Assembly: GCA_002269645.1 (NCBI GenBank)
Contig: NIVC01001709.1
Coordinates: 1-64,000 of the forward strand
Reading direction: 5' to 3'
Source of the DNA: Macrostomum lignano
Taxonomy: Eukaryota
Length of the DNA stretch: 64,000 nucleotides
Below the pieces are notes generated by a model. It ran no database searches. It worked only from the letters and a program-made list of their open reading frames with translations, and was not told where the DNA came from. Positions 39,286 to 51,261 of the stretch are shown in pieces. Positions within the stretch are counted from its first letter, which is position 1. Each line of letters starts with the position of its first letter. The translations under genes were made by a program, and so were the position numbers.

Positions 39286-40580
39286 CGAGGGGCGTACTGA
39301 AAGTTTTGAGATACGCCGAAACCACAAATATCTGAACCAAAATTTCTGTCACAATTTTTCAAAGTAGTTGTCAACATCTTGCACGCATTTCCTTATCCGG
39401 TGAAACCACTGCGTTCAGGCTCCAGCCCACTGTTCTTCTGGCACTGCTGAAACCACCCACTCGAACTCGATTCTTGCTGCTTCAGGACTCTCAAACTGAG
39501 TCCCACGCAGTTGGTTCTTCTCCAAAGGGAAGAGAAAGAAGTGGCAGGGTGCCAGGGCAGGGAATATGTGGGATACGTCACCAACTAAGCTCCATTCTCG
39601 GCCAGAATTGCCAAAGATGCAGCAGGCGCGTGCGCACTGACGTTGTCGTGGTGCAGCAGCAGGCCACAAAGTCCGGTGCGCGGCCGGCGTCTGCGCCACG
39701 CATCGAACACGAGCGGCAGGCACTGGTTGGTATATCAGTCGGCATTGACTGGCCACCTGTTTTGGAACGCTACAGTCGCCAGGTGGCCGGCCTGGCTGAA
39801 GAAAGCCGCCACCATCTGCTTCCCGACGCTTGACCTTCGTTGGGGTGGCATCGTCCGGGAGGAGCCAAACTGCCGACTGCTGCTTGGTTTCCGGGTCGCA
39901 CTGGCAGACCCAGGTCTCATCGCCACTGATGATCTCCCAGCATCACTTCAAGGTCCCAGAATCGAATCTTTCGAGTAGGAACTCGCACCAACGCACCCTC
40001 TCCGCATTCTGGTCCTCCTCCAGGTTGTGGGGCACCCAGCGGGCACATCGCTTGGAGGCTCCCAGCTTGAGTGCAGGATGGTCGTAACCGCTGCCGATCC
40101 AATGCCGAGAGCCTCTCTCATCTTCTCACAGGTCACTCGCCGGTCCTCGTCAATCATTCTCCGGACAGCAGCGATTTTTTCGTCCGTGACAGCGGAAGCT
40201 GGACGTCCCGTCTGGGGTTCATCATCAAGGCGGCTTTGGCCCCACTTAAATTCGCTGTACCACCAAATAACTGTGGCACGTAAAGGGGCTTGGTCTCCAA
40301 AGGCAGCATGTAAACTTTCAACGCACTGCTCCTACGCAAGACCTTTTCACTGACTATAAACAATCATAGCATGAAAGTCGCGGTTTGCCAACTCCATTGG
40401 AGCAAATACAGTTTGGTAGGGGGTATTGACTTTAAAGAGAGATTGTGAAAAATTGACAAGACCGCAAAGGCTGAAAATTAATACTCAATCCTCTTAAAGG
40501 TGGTAGAGTATGCATGTAAAAATTCGTGCAGTTCTGACTTATGAGTCAGCCGTATCTCAAAACTTTCAGTACGCCCCTCG
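39286..40580 (-). mobile_element. Mariner DNA transposon, 1295 bp, defective transposase
   Basis: TIRs CGAGGGGCGTACTGAAAGTTTTGAGATACG at both ends and a TA target duplication (empty site CAACTATTTT in sister units). The minus strand from 40397 reads MELANRDF..*..DDEPQTGRP...IDEDRRVT...LGIG with stops and frameshifts. Confidence 0.95.
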
Positions 40581-41299
40581 TATTTTAAGTCATTGACTCT
40601 TGTAGACAAGATTATAAATTGACCATACTTGACGCCATGTACATTAAGGCTCTCAAACCAAACACGAATCTTCCAGCCGATTTTCGTGCACAAGTCTGAA
40701 ATGAATGTCACCGCGACTGGAATCGACTCAGGGGTCGTAGCGTTCACCACAGAGCTGCTCTTCACCCTAATCTTGAACAGTCCTTCAAACGTATCCGTCG
40801 ATGGTGCCAGTAGTGAGCACACGAGCCACCTGGATGCGATAGATTTGTTTGCCTAAATCTTGCTCAAAATTAGCGAATATGCAATCTCACTGCTGATTAA
40901 TGGCAGTCGCCTATCAATAGGACTCAAAAATATTTCTACCTGCCTTAAGGATAAGTGTACGAGCAAAGTACCTGTCAAGTGTTCGAATGGCCAAAGGTTT
41001 TTAGAGAAGTTCGATGCCAGACAACATAATTGGTCTTTAAAACAGTTTCCGTGATACTGTGACGCTTCGGTGCCTGAATGCTCATTACAGTTATGAATTA
41101 TGCATGCGTGTGTACATGTAGAAACCATCAGCAGTGCTTATGAAAGATTACAGTAATCTTTAACGGAGTCGAACGGAGGAGATCTTCATCTACTCTTCAT
41201 CTGGCCTATAAAGCCAGCCTCGCCGTGATAAGGTAATCTTCTAGACTGCATGTCGTTTGGAGGCATCAAAGTGCAGCTAAGCTCGTGAAGGCGGTAGCG

Positions 41300-42277
41300 A
41301 TGGACATCCCGTGTTTGCTGCTTACGCTAGCTGTAATACTTGGCAAGCCTGATGTCGAATGTCAGAGGGTATCCATTGCCGAATGGCGCCTGACAAGAGA
41401 AGACTTGAAAGGGGAATACGAGCTTATGGGTATGCAAGCATGAAGAGCGATGGCCTGCGCCATTGCTGGCATGAGCGCAGCGCATGCTGTGCAATCCGAT
41501 GAAGCTCAGAGTCTGTGCTGACTGTACCTGTGCCTTGGAGGCTGAAATGGATGCAGAAAATGCAGGAACGCCCGAAATTCAAGCTTTCCGCATGTCTGGC
41601 AGAGTTGAACGCAGAAAAATCTTGAGTCTCTGAGTTTGTTTTTCCATTTATACAAAATCTGTACTAAAACTTCCATGTTCGAAAACTGAGACGTCAATTT
41701 TTTCTGGCGGACATTCCAGCACCGAGTGGACGCCTCCGTCAATTTCAACGAAAGCTGGGCCAAATACGCGAGCGGCTTCGGACAGGGCGAGAACGCGAAC
41801 TTCTGGATCGGACTGGACAATCTGCACCTGCTCACGAGAGACGCCGCTCTCCCTGTTCGATGGGAGTTCAGCGACTGGAACGGAACTCTGAACTGGATGG
41901 AGAACGCCTTCTTTCAAGTCGAAAGCGCGACTACAAAGTACAGAGTGAGCGTCGGAGAGCAGCTGATGGACAGGTCGACTGTGAAGCAGTGCTCTGACAA
42001 CAGTACTTCGAGCATGAATGGTCAGCAGTTCTCGGCTCCGGATCAGGACAATGATCGTGATGAAGGCAGCTGTGCTGTCCGTCATAACGGAGGCTGGTGG
42101 ATGCAGGCCTGCTACTGCATGAACCCCAACGGTCCGTACGTCAGCCCGCCTGCCGCGCTGTACCTCACAGATTACGCGCAGGGAATATGTCCGAAAAATG
42201 ACGCCTTTGTATTTCCGTGGAACAATCGGTACTCCCTGAAGACGTTTGAGTGTCTGCTGATGGTTGATGGGAGCTAA
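41300..42277 (+). pseudogene. FReD pseudogene, copy E (same disabled exon 1, distinct exon-2 3' half)
   Basis: Exon 1 as in C and D. The C-terminus DRDEGSCAVRHNGGWWMQACYCMNPNG...VDGS differs from copies A and B. Confidence 0.85.
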
Positions 42278-43319
42278 AATTACGTGACGTATTTTAAACT
42301 ATCAATCACTTGATCGACTGGAGACAGCTCTATAATCATTCAATTGCTAACTTACACTCTCTGCAAATCAAAACGATGTTGATCAAATTTGTGATGTAAA
42401 GAATTGTGTGGGTTAATTATTTTTAATAACATCGAGTTTAATAAATCATTGAGCGGAACTGTTGCCGAGAATTTAAGTAATAACTTGGCTTAATTAAGCA
42501 GAGTTTCTTTGCAAGCCAAGCAAAAATCGCCTACAAAATATGCTTGGGGCGTCGAGTTGCGTTGGCTTCGTTCATTCCATCAGAATGCGTTTAGATTTTT
42601 CAACTATATTTCTGTCAATGTCCTGTTGTCTGCCAGCTTTTACTTCAAATCCTCATTTCACTCTCGCTATTTAGCAATTCATTACTTCTAGTGGGGCTTT
42701 TGTCTCTGCACCATTCCTTTCACTCGAGAGCATGTCTTGCCTCTCAGCTATTTTCTTTTAATGCGTAAAAACGTTTCTCTGAATACGAATAGCGTATGAT
42801 TGACGGGTCAGATCAAGACCTCTGCTCACCAATAGCATTTTTTGGCTCGAGTCAATTTTTAGGCATCGTCTGTGGAAAAAACATTTAGACTTTTCAGTAG
42901 TTTTAGCTGTTTTTATTTATTACGGTGAATTTGAAAATTGACTAAGTTGAGCATCAAATAACTAACACAAAATATAGATTTCAACTGGCACGTGACGAAC
43001 AGATAAGGAATGTACGCTCGTAGCTAGCACAAAGTTCATTCATTCTATTATGAAATACAAATTCTTTTACGTACATTAAATTTGATGATAACAAGCGCTC
43101 AATCGATGTACTCTGTACTGTGAAGAGCTTTACAGCCCCTCCAACCAATCACGGTTAAGATTCGCATTCTTCATGCGTACATTAGGGACAGAAAGTACAC
43201 GGCTAAATCAGTCTGATTGCCCTAAAATTCGTTGGCAGATCTGCGGGGCAAGGCGGTGCCAGGTGCCAGTGTTTTCTTTGCATCGTCAAGTCAGGCCTGG
43301 GACATTGGAATCTTCAACC

Positions 43320-45490
43320 ATGAGCTGCTGCTGCTGTTGTTACAGACGCCAAGTCAAAGAGATCAAAGTCAGGGCGGTGTCTACAGAGGCCACCCGCGGC
43401 AAGGTGGCTGATCACTGCATGAACATCTCTGCCGAGAAGCAGCAGGTCTTTAATTCAACTCTGCTGTCGCTGATCAACGCCAAACGCAAGGAATGTCACG
43501 TGCAGCCGTTAATCCTGTGCCCCACTCTGTGCAAGGTGGCCAAGACCGTGTGGAATGCCAGGGCCCAGGTGCCGCACGGCCTGTACGCCATTCCTAACAA
43601 CGGCTTCGAAGTGATTGTTGAAGTGAACAAGGTCGGGCAGCGGGAAAGCAAGACTCAGGCCTACTTTGTTGACTGCATGTCCTATACTGATAATGTTGTC
43701 CGGTCGAAGCGGGACCTGCCAGGGGCTGTGTTTCACTTCTGGACAAACGAAGGAAAGTAAGTCTAGTTTAGCAGTTTATTCAGGTAGATCTTGTTTGTTA
43801 GTTTATTTAGGTAAATCTAGTTTGGTAGTTTATTCAGGTAAATCTAGTTTGGTAGTTTATTCAGGTAAATCTAGTTTGTTAGTTTATTCAGGTAAATCTA
43901 GTTTGATAGTTTATTCAGGTAAATCTAGTTTGTTAGTTTATTTAGGTAAATCTAGTTTGGTAGTTTATTCAGGTAAATCTAGTTTGGTAGTTTATTCAGG
44001 TAAATCTAGTTTGGTAGTTTATTTAGGTAAATCTAGTTTGTTAGTTTATTCAGGTAAATCTAGTTTGTTAGTTTATTCAGGTAAATCTAGTTTGGTAGTT
44101 TATTCAGGTAAATCTAGTTTGGTAGTTTATTTAGGTAAATCTAGTTTGTTAGTTTATTCAGGTAAATCTAGTTTGTTAGTTTATTCAGGTAAATCTAGTT
44201 TCATAGTTTATTCAGGTAAATCTAGTTTGTTAGTTTATTCAGGTAAATCTAGTTTGTTAGTTTATTCAGGTAAATCTAGTTTGGTAGTTTATTCAGGTAA
44301 ATCTAGTTTGTTAGTTTATTCAGGTAAATCTAGTTTGTTAGTTTATTCAGGTAAATCTAGTTTGATAGTTTATTCAGGTAAATCTAGTTTCATAGTTTAT
44401 TCAGGTAAATCTAGTTTGTTAGTTTATTCAGGTAAATCTAGTTTGTTAGTTTATTCAGGTAAATCTAGTTTGTTAGTTTATTCAGGTAAATCTAGTTTGA
44501 TAGTTTATTCAGGTAAATCTAGTTTGTTAGTTTATTCAGGTAAATCTAGTTTGTTAGTTTATTCAGGTAAATCTAGTTTGTTAGTTTATTCAGGTAAATC
44601 TAGTTTGTTAGTTTATTCAGGTAAATCTAGTTTGTTAGTTTATTCAGGTAAATCTAGTTTCATAGTTTATTCAGGTAAATCTAGTTTGTTAGTTTATTCA
44701 GGTAAATCTAGTTTGTTAGTTTATTCAGGTAAATCTAGTTTGTTAGTTTATTCAGGTAAATCTAGTTTGTTAGTTTATTCAGGTAAATCTAGTTTGTTAG
44801 TTTATTCAGGTAAATCTAGTTTGGTAGTTTATTCAGGTAAATCTAGTTTGATAGTTTATTCAGGTAAATCTAGTTTGTTAGTTTATTCAGGTAAATCTAG
44901 TTTGTTAGTTTATTCAGGTAAATCTAGTTTGATAGTTTATTCAGGTAAATCTAGTTTGGTAGTTTATTCAGGTAAATCTAGTTTGTTAGTTTATTCAGGT
45001 AAATCTAGTTTGTTAGTTTATTCAGGTAAATCTAGTTTGATAGTTTATTCAGGTAAATCTAGTTTGATAGTTTATTCAGGTAAATCTAGTTTGTTAGTTT
45101 ATTCAGGTAAATCTAGTTTGTTAGTTTATTCAGGTAAATCTAGTTTGGTAGTTTATTCAGGTAAATCTACTTTGTTAGTTTATTTAAGACAGAGGTCAGT
45201 AACGCGGACATCTTCAAAGTCTCCATCCTCGCCGCCCCCTGCTCAGGTACACCACGAGCCAGCCCAGTAAGGGGCCGCTGTCCGAAAGCTACCCGGAACT
45301 CGACAAAGAAGCCCGCGCCAGCCTGGCAAAGTGCCGCGGCCAGTTCCTGCCGATGCTGCTGGGCCAGGGTGACTTCGCCAACCAGCGAATCGGCCTGCAT
45401 TTTGGCCGCTCCAACCGGAGGCTGAGGTCGGCCCGCGAGCCCTACAGCGTGGTGGCCGTGTTCGATCAGAAGGACCTGGCTGACTTCTGA
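43320..45490 (+). CDS. Unrecognised family, paralog 1 (divergent CAP/SCP-like; N-terminal MSCCCCC)
   Basis: Exons 43320-43756 and 45247-45490; phase-2 GT-AG intron; intact frame. Confidence 0.8.
43757..45185. repeat. 27-bp minisatellite (GGTAAATCTAGTTTGTTAGTTTATTCA), ~52 copies, filling the paralog-1 intron
   Basis: Direct; it gives the GKSSLLVYS pseudo-ORF. Confidence 0.97.
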
Positions 45491-45761
45491 GTTTCAACTG
45501 ACCCCTGCTCACAATGACTCATCTTTTATACACCTTCCTAGATTTTAATCCACAAGTACAGTTTGCTAGAATTTTGAGCTCCATCTGTCTTACTGAATTA
45601 CATCTTGTTAACTTGGCATGTTAAATAAAAATTGTGTGAATTTGTGTGGAAAAATAAATAAAACATTCGAAAAATTATGCCTTCTATTGTGTCAGATGCT
45701 GAGTATGCAAAAATCTCTTAATTATAACTCTTTTTGTAATCGGTAGAAAATTCATACTCAA

Positions 45762-46365
45762 GCTGCAGGATCATGGGGAGGGTAGCGGCTCCCGGTGCAG
45801 GATCATTGGGAGGGTAGCGGCTCCCGGTGCAGGATCATGGGGAGGGTAGCGGCTCCCGGTGCAGGATTATGGGGAGGGGAGCGGCTCCCGCTGCAGGATC
45901 ATGGGGAGGGTAGCGGCTCCCGGTGCAGGATCATGGGGAAGATTAGCGGCTCCCAGTGCAGGATCATGGGGAGGGTAGCGGCTCCCGGTGCAGGATCATG
46001 GGGAGGATTAGCGGCTCCCGGTGCAGGATCATGGGGAGGATTAGCGGCTCCCAGTGCAAGATCATGGGGAGGGTAGCGGCTCCCGGTGCAGGATCATGGG
46101 GAGGATTAGCGGCTCCCAGTGCAGGATCATGGGGAGGGTAGCGACTCCCGGTGCAGGATCATGGGGAGGGTAGCGGCTCCCGGTGCAGGATCATGGGGAA
46201 GATTAGCGGCTCCCAGTGCAGGATCATGGGGAGGGTAGCGGCTCCCGGTGCAGGATCATGGGGAGGATTAGCGGCTCCCGGTGCAGGATCATGGGGAGGA
46301 TTAGCGGCTCCCGGTGCAGGATCATGGGGAGGATTAGCGGCTCCCGGTGCAGGATCACAGGGGCG
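45762..46365. repeat. 32-bp minisatellite (GCAGGATCATGGGGAGGGTAGCGGCTCCCGGT)
   Basis: About 19 copies visible. Confidence 0.95.
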
Positions 46366-46876
46366 CCCGCTAATTAATGATGCGAGCTATAATTAATCAT
46401 ATATGAGTAAGGAATTATATATTTAACAAATTTGTGATTCATTTTTTCATAAGCAACCTCTCCTCTTGATGTTTCGAGAGCTAAAGGCACGCGCTGTCCT
46501 AAAATTTAGTCAGGCTTTAAATAAAATTGACTTCAACTAATGAGGTGTTGTTAGCAAACCCCTTTTTACACATTTACAAACCTCAATACAGATGAACTTC
46601 AGTGACTTTGGGCATTGGATTAAAGAGAGAGAGAAAGAGAGTTGTTATCATGTAGAGGGGTGGCGGCCTCGGACCGACCATCCACCCAACCCCAGCCAAT
46701 CAGCGTGCACTACCTCTTGTAAAATGAGTTTTGTACACCTGCTTGTACGCCGTTTGTCATTAAAATTCCAAAACCAAGAACGTGCAGTGCATTCTTTAAA
46801 ACCTCAAGCTGCGAGCTTCTGTCAGCTTCTTGGCAAACGAGAGACAATTCGACGGCTTGTGAAGGTCTTTGCAGCA

Positions 46877-47607
46877 ATGAGCTCTATGTACAAAAGGACT
46901 AAACCAGAAGTCCCGACGACTCAGGAACACGAAGAAGTCTTGAATGTTAATGTCTGTCGTCCCATTTCACAGAAGAAACGGGCCGCTTTCAACGAGGCCC
47001 TGGTGTCGCTAATCAACGCCAAGAGACGAGAGTTCCTGGGTCCGCTCGTGCAGCTCAATGAGCAGCTGTGCAAGATCGCCGAAAAAGCCTGGAACGTCTC
47101 GGCCAAGCAGCCGCACGGCCTGGTAGCCATGCCGTACAACCAGTTCTTGGCCCCTGACTACACAGATAAGGCCAATTCAGACTCCGGGGAAGGGAAGTTC
47201 TACGACTGCTTGTCCTACACGGACAATGTCATCCGGTCGAAGCGAGAGCTACCAGAGGCGGCCGTTCACTTCTGGACTACCTGTGGCAGGTAATGCGTCA
47301 TGATTAATGAGCTTAGCTAAGAACTTGAGTCATAGTAAAAATAAATTCGCTACTTGCTTACATGCAACCCTACCATTTTTCCTGCAGGTACACGTCCCGA
47401 CCGGGGAAGCGTGCTCTACCGCAGAGCTATCCACCGATCGATGAGACATTTCGCGCGGAGCTGGAGAAATGCCGGGGCTCCTTTTTTCTAATATTGGCAG
47501 GCCAGTGGAAATTCTCTGCCAACAGGCGAATCGGCGTGCACTTCGGCAAGCTGAGTCTGTGCTCATCCAGCAAAACGCCCTACAGTGTTGTTGTCGTGTT
47601 CGGCTAA
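46877..47607 (+). CDS. Unrecognised family, paralog 2 (CAP/SCP-like)
   Basis: Exons 46877-47289 and 47388-47607; same phase-2 intron position. Confidence 0.8.
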
Positions 47608-49020
47608 TAATTCTGAGGAAAGGGGAAGGCATGCGGCAACTTCAACTCTCGTACCTCATTTATATCATTCTGGGCCATGTTTTCTAAGAACTAATCTTAG
47701 AATCTTAGAAAAAAAAATTTAGACCAATTGTATTCAAACCATTTTACACGGCCATTTTAAATCCGTAACCAAATACACAGACTGCAGACTGCAGCTCTTG
47801 TTATCGCTTTCGCAAATGCTTCGATTATATAGATTTTATGTACTTATTTTCGGTTTTTTTCTTAGATTTACGAGTGACTCTGCCGACTTCGTTATCAACG
47901 GGAATGTTTTCATTTAACAATTTGGTTGCCAAGGCAAGACAAGGAGCAGCTGTGCAAGGGAACACTGACGATGGGCGGATTTGAAAGCATTTGGTGAAGA
48001 GACCATGAGCTGTTCAAATTAGTTGTTTGAAGAGATGCAGATTAAAACCTTCCAAGGGTTGAGTACTGCACAGTTTACGAGCTACCTTAAATTTCATTCA
48101 AAATCCAATTCACTTTAGACAAACGGAAGTTCAACTTCGACACTTCCAGCTCTGTACATGTAAATCTACATTCATTTTAGCCAAACTCCTTCTCAATATC
48201 GGCAGCAAGCGCAAATTTATATGTTCATTTTCTGTGCAAAAAGCTAACATTTAAGCGTCAACTGAGCATCAAATTGCAGCAGATGTAAGTTTCAGCAAGA
48301 CAACATGAGCTGGGACCCAAGCACAGCTGGAATAAAATACCTCCCCGCCGGCGGAGGGGTGGGCGCCCACCCAACCAAAACGAGACAGGGAGTACACATG
48401 CGGCGGGGGGCACACAGAAAGAGCGTGCTTGGGTACAATGTACATGTAAAATCGGTTTGCTCAGGTGCAAGCCCTCAAATGTCCAAATGTCCTACTGACT
48501 AAATTGAGTGTAGGCTGACGATTTTGGACGTAATTTGACGAAAGTGAATCAGAGTTTATAGAAGTTGCGTCAACAGACTGTCGATATGAACTGGAGTTTG
48601 ACGAAATGGTGTTGTGAATGGTGGCCCGATTACCGATTGAGGAGTGGAGTAAGCACGTTACACTGCACTACTTTGAGACCTATTATAATATGGTTTGATC
48701 GAGTCAGTAGTAACGTACGACCATGTCCATTGCAAATGTACACCAATCCCCAAGACCATTGTCGGTTGTACAGTCGTGTGGTTTGATGGCATTTGAAAAT
48801 GCCCCCCGTCATGCCTTTTTTACTTATATCATAGAAAACTCGCTAATCCAACAAGCCAACCTTGTAGCCACGCAGCCCCTCTCTGATTGGCTCACCCGCG
48901 GGTCCCATTTTTAATAAACAGCCGAGACTCCAATAAAAAAGCGCCCAGACCGGCTCTGCAGGCGTCAATCAATCAAACTACAGGCCCTCATCTATACGGC
49001 CAGATTTATCAAAGGTCAAA

Positions 49021-50041
49021 ATGAGACCGCCGCAACTTCAAAATTCCGAAATGCCGAAATTCAAGGAGAATAAAAGTCCCCATCAAAGACGCGACCAAAC
49101 GCCCAACCGCAGTCGGAGCCTGAATCACCGCAGAAGTTCTCGTGAAAATCGGGCTCCGAGCCGGAGTCCGACTCCCAATGGTTCTCCAACACAAAAACAC
49201 CACCCGCACGCGCGTTCCAGACGCAGCAGATCGCAGTCCATCTCGCAGTCTGGCACTGAAGAGATCAATGCCCGCGACAAGTCAGAGAGCGAGTACGATC
49301 CGGAGCTCAGCAATGCCACTAGGTTGAAGAATCAAAATGAATACAAACTGGAGTTCTTCGGCGGTCGGTACAGCGGCTTCTGGAAGAAACATTATGGCTC
49401 CATCTCTAAAGAGAAACGAAGGGTGTTCAACGAGTCGCTGGTTTCCTTGATAAACAGCTTGAGACGGCGCTATGGCCAGAGGCTTCGACCGTTGGTCCTG
49501 AGCCGCGACCTGTGCCGCGGTGCCAAAGCCGTGTGGTCTGAACGGGCCCAGACAACCGCTGGTCTGACATTCACCGCTGAGACCCGGTACGAACTCCGCT
49601 TCACAGTGAATCACAGCGGCGCTTCTTTCGACAGACTGGAGATTGTCGACTGCCTTCTGTTTACAGACGTCGCTGTTCGCGCAAAGAGCGACCTGCCTGA
49701 GGCAGTTTTTCACTATTGGGTCGAGGGCAGGTGAGTTTAAAAGTGTGATTTTTTCGTTGTGTTCCTGTTTTACCGGAACCTTTTTTATTTTTCACAGGCA
49801 CACCGACAAACCTGGCAAGCGGCCCCTGCCGCCCGGAACCAACAATTCCACAGTAGGCGGCACCGCCCGGAGCGAGTCTGAGAAGGCCTCCAAAGTGCGC
49901 GGCTACCGGCAGCTGCTGCTTATGTCGAAGTGCCGGTACATCGGCCTACACTTTGCCAAGTTTCGGAAGCATCACGCGGTGCACTCCAACGAGCCGTTCA
50001 GCGTTGTGGCCTTGCTGTCTGAGCAGGACTTGATGCGGTAG
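49021..50041 (+). CDS. Unrecognised family, paralog 3 (CAP/SCP-like, R/S-rich N-terminal extension)
   Basis: Exons 49021-49730 and 49798-50041. Confidence 0.8.
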
Positions 50042-50599
50042 CTGCATCTCCAGATTTATTGAACTCTTTTCGACGACAGCGCAACTTTTTTATTCCCTCG
50101 TTTTTGCATGGTTGCATTTTATGTCCTGCTACTCCAATAAAACAAATATATTCGACAGACTGACTTCTCATAACTCGTTTTACAGACCTTGCATGGTCAA
50201 ATTCTTTTTTTGACATCTCTGAGTTTGCAATTTAAAAACTACAAATAAACTTGTGAGCACCATTTGAATCGTTAATTATTTTAATCGCAATAAATCCATG
50301 TAAATTTGGTTGTCTGATTCCATGCTGACATTCTTTTGGGCTATCAAAACAAAGTTTCCCCGAAAATTAGAGCAGTACATTCATTTGAAGTGATAATGAA
50401 GACGCAGGAAAATTCTCATGACAGCCTAGTCAGACAAAGACCGGCCAACAAAAAGAGACAGATGGACAGAGACAGGTACAGACAGACAAGTAGAGACAGA
50501 CCGACAGAGACAGGTAGAGACAGACAAGCAGAGACAGACAAGCAGAGACAGACAGACAAAGTCAGCATGCGCCTCTTAAAAACCGATTTGAAAGTACAT

Positions 50600-50940
50600 T
50601 TGAAATTTTAATAACAATAATAATAATAGCAATAATAACTAATTATTTTATAATCGATCACACCAGCCCTAATGGGCAGATGTGCAACCGACAGCTCAGC
50701 CGCAGCTATTGCGCGGCGCATTGACGGCTGTGTACGGCTGTTCAATCCAAAGACTGGGGGTCGCCACACACACCCTCAATTACCCCAGCGAATGCTGTCA
50801 CCCATTTTTACAGCGGGGTGAACTGAAGCAATGCAGAGTATAGTGTCTTGCTCAAGGACACAATTATTCCAGTGGGATCGGGATTCGAACCCTGGACATT
50901 CAAGTCGTGAGTCAGACGCTCTAACCACTAGGCTACAAAC
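50600..50940 (-). mobile_element. tRNA-derived SINE
   Basis: The minus-strand head GTAGCCTAGTGGTTAGAGCGTCTGACTC...GGGTTCGAATCCC has Pol III A and B boxes. The body is shared with two other copies in the window, and there is an (ATT)n tail. Confidence 0.8.
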
Positions 50941-51261
50941 CCGTATGAAATAGGAAAATTACTCATTTATACTGCCATCAGATGTGAGCATTTACGCGTC
51001 TCACTAGACTGTAAATTCTCGTAAACCGGACTTTATGTTTTCATATGCCTAAATAATTTTTTAGCAAAAAAATGTGCAGCTTCTAAATTTAGAAAACATC
51101 ATCAAGGGGAGAGAGGTTAAGTGTACCGGCCCCTCTTCAATGCATGTACATGCTAATTTGAATGTACATTGAATTGTGTCATCAGGCCAATTTCAACCGC
51201 GTATAAAACTTGAACCATTGGACAGTGTTGAGCACAAGTCTTCAGACTCCTGTTTAGCAAA

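Larger units (their letters stand above)
34520..42000 (+). repeat. Segmental tandem repeat, ~1950-bp unit x3 plus a partial unit
   Basis: Exon-2 offsets: 34547 to 36529 (1982), to 38479 (1950), to 41726 (3247 = 1950 + 1295 mariner + 2 TA). Confidence 0.95.

Noticed and set aside
43666-45270. 534-aa GKSSLLVYS-repeat ORF
   Set aside because: It is the 27-bp intronic minisatellite read in a stop-free frame; flanking exons splice around it.
46592-46876. N-terminal extension of paralog 2
   Set aside because: No similarity to the other paralogs; an acceptor-like TTTGCAG precedes the ATG at 46877.
48315-48435. Short inverted repeat CCCAAGCAC/GTGCTTGGG with a GC hairpin
   Set aside because: Too short to distinguish from chance.
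50880-50937. Possible tRNA gene
   Set aside because: It has A and B boxes but no complete acceptor stem, and continues into a dispersed repeat body, so it is a SINE head.
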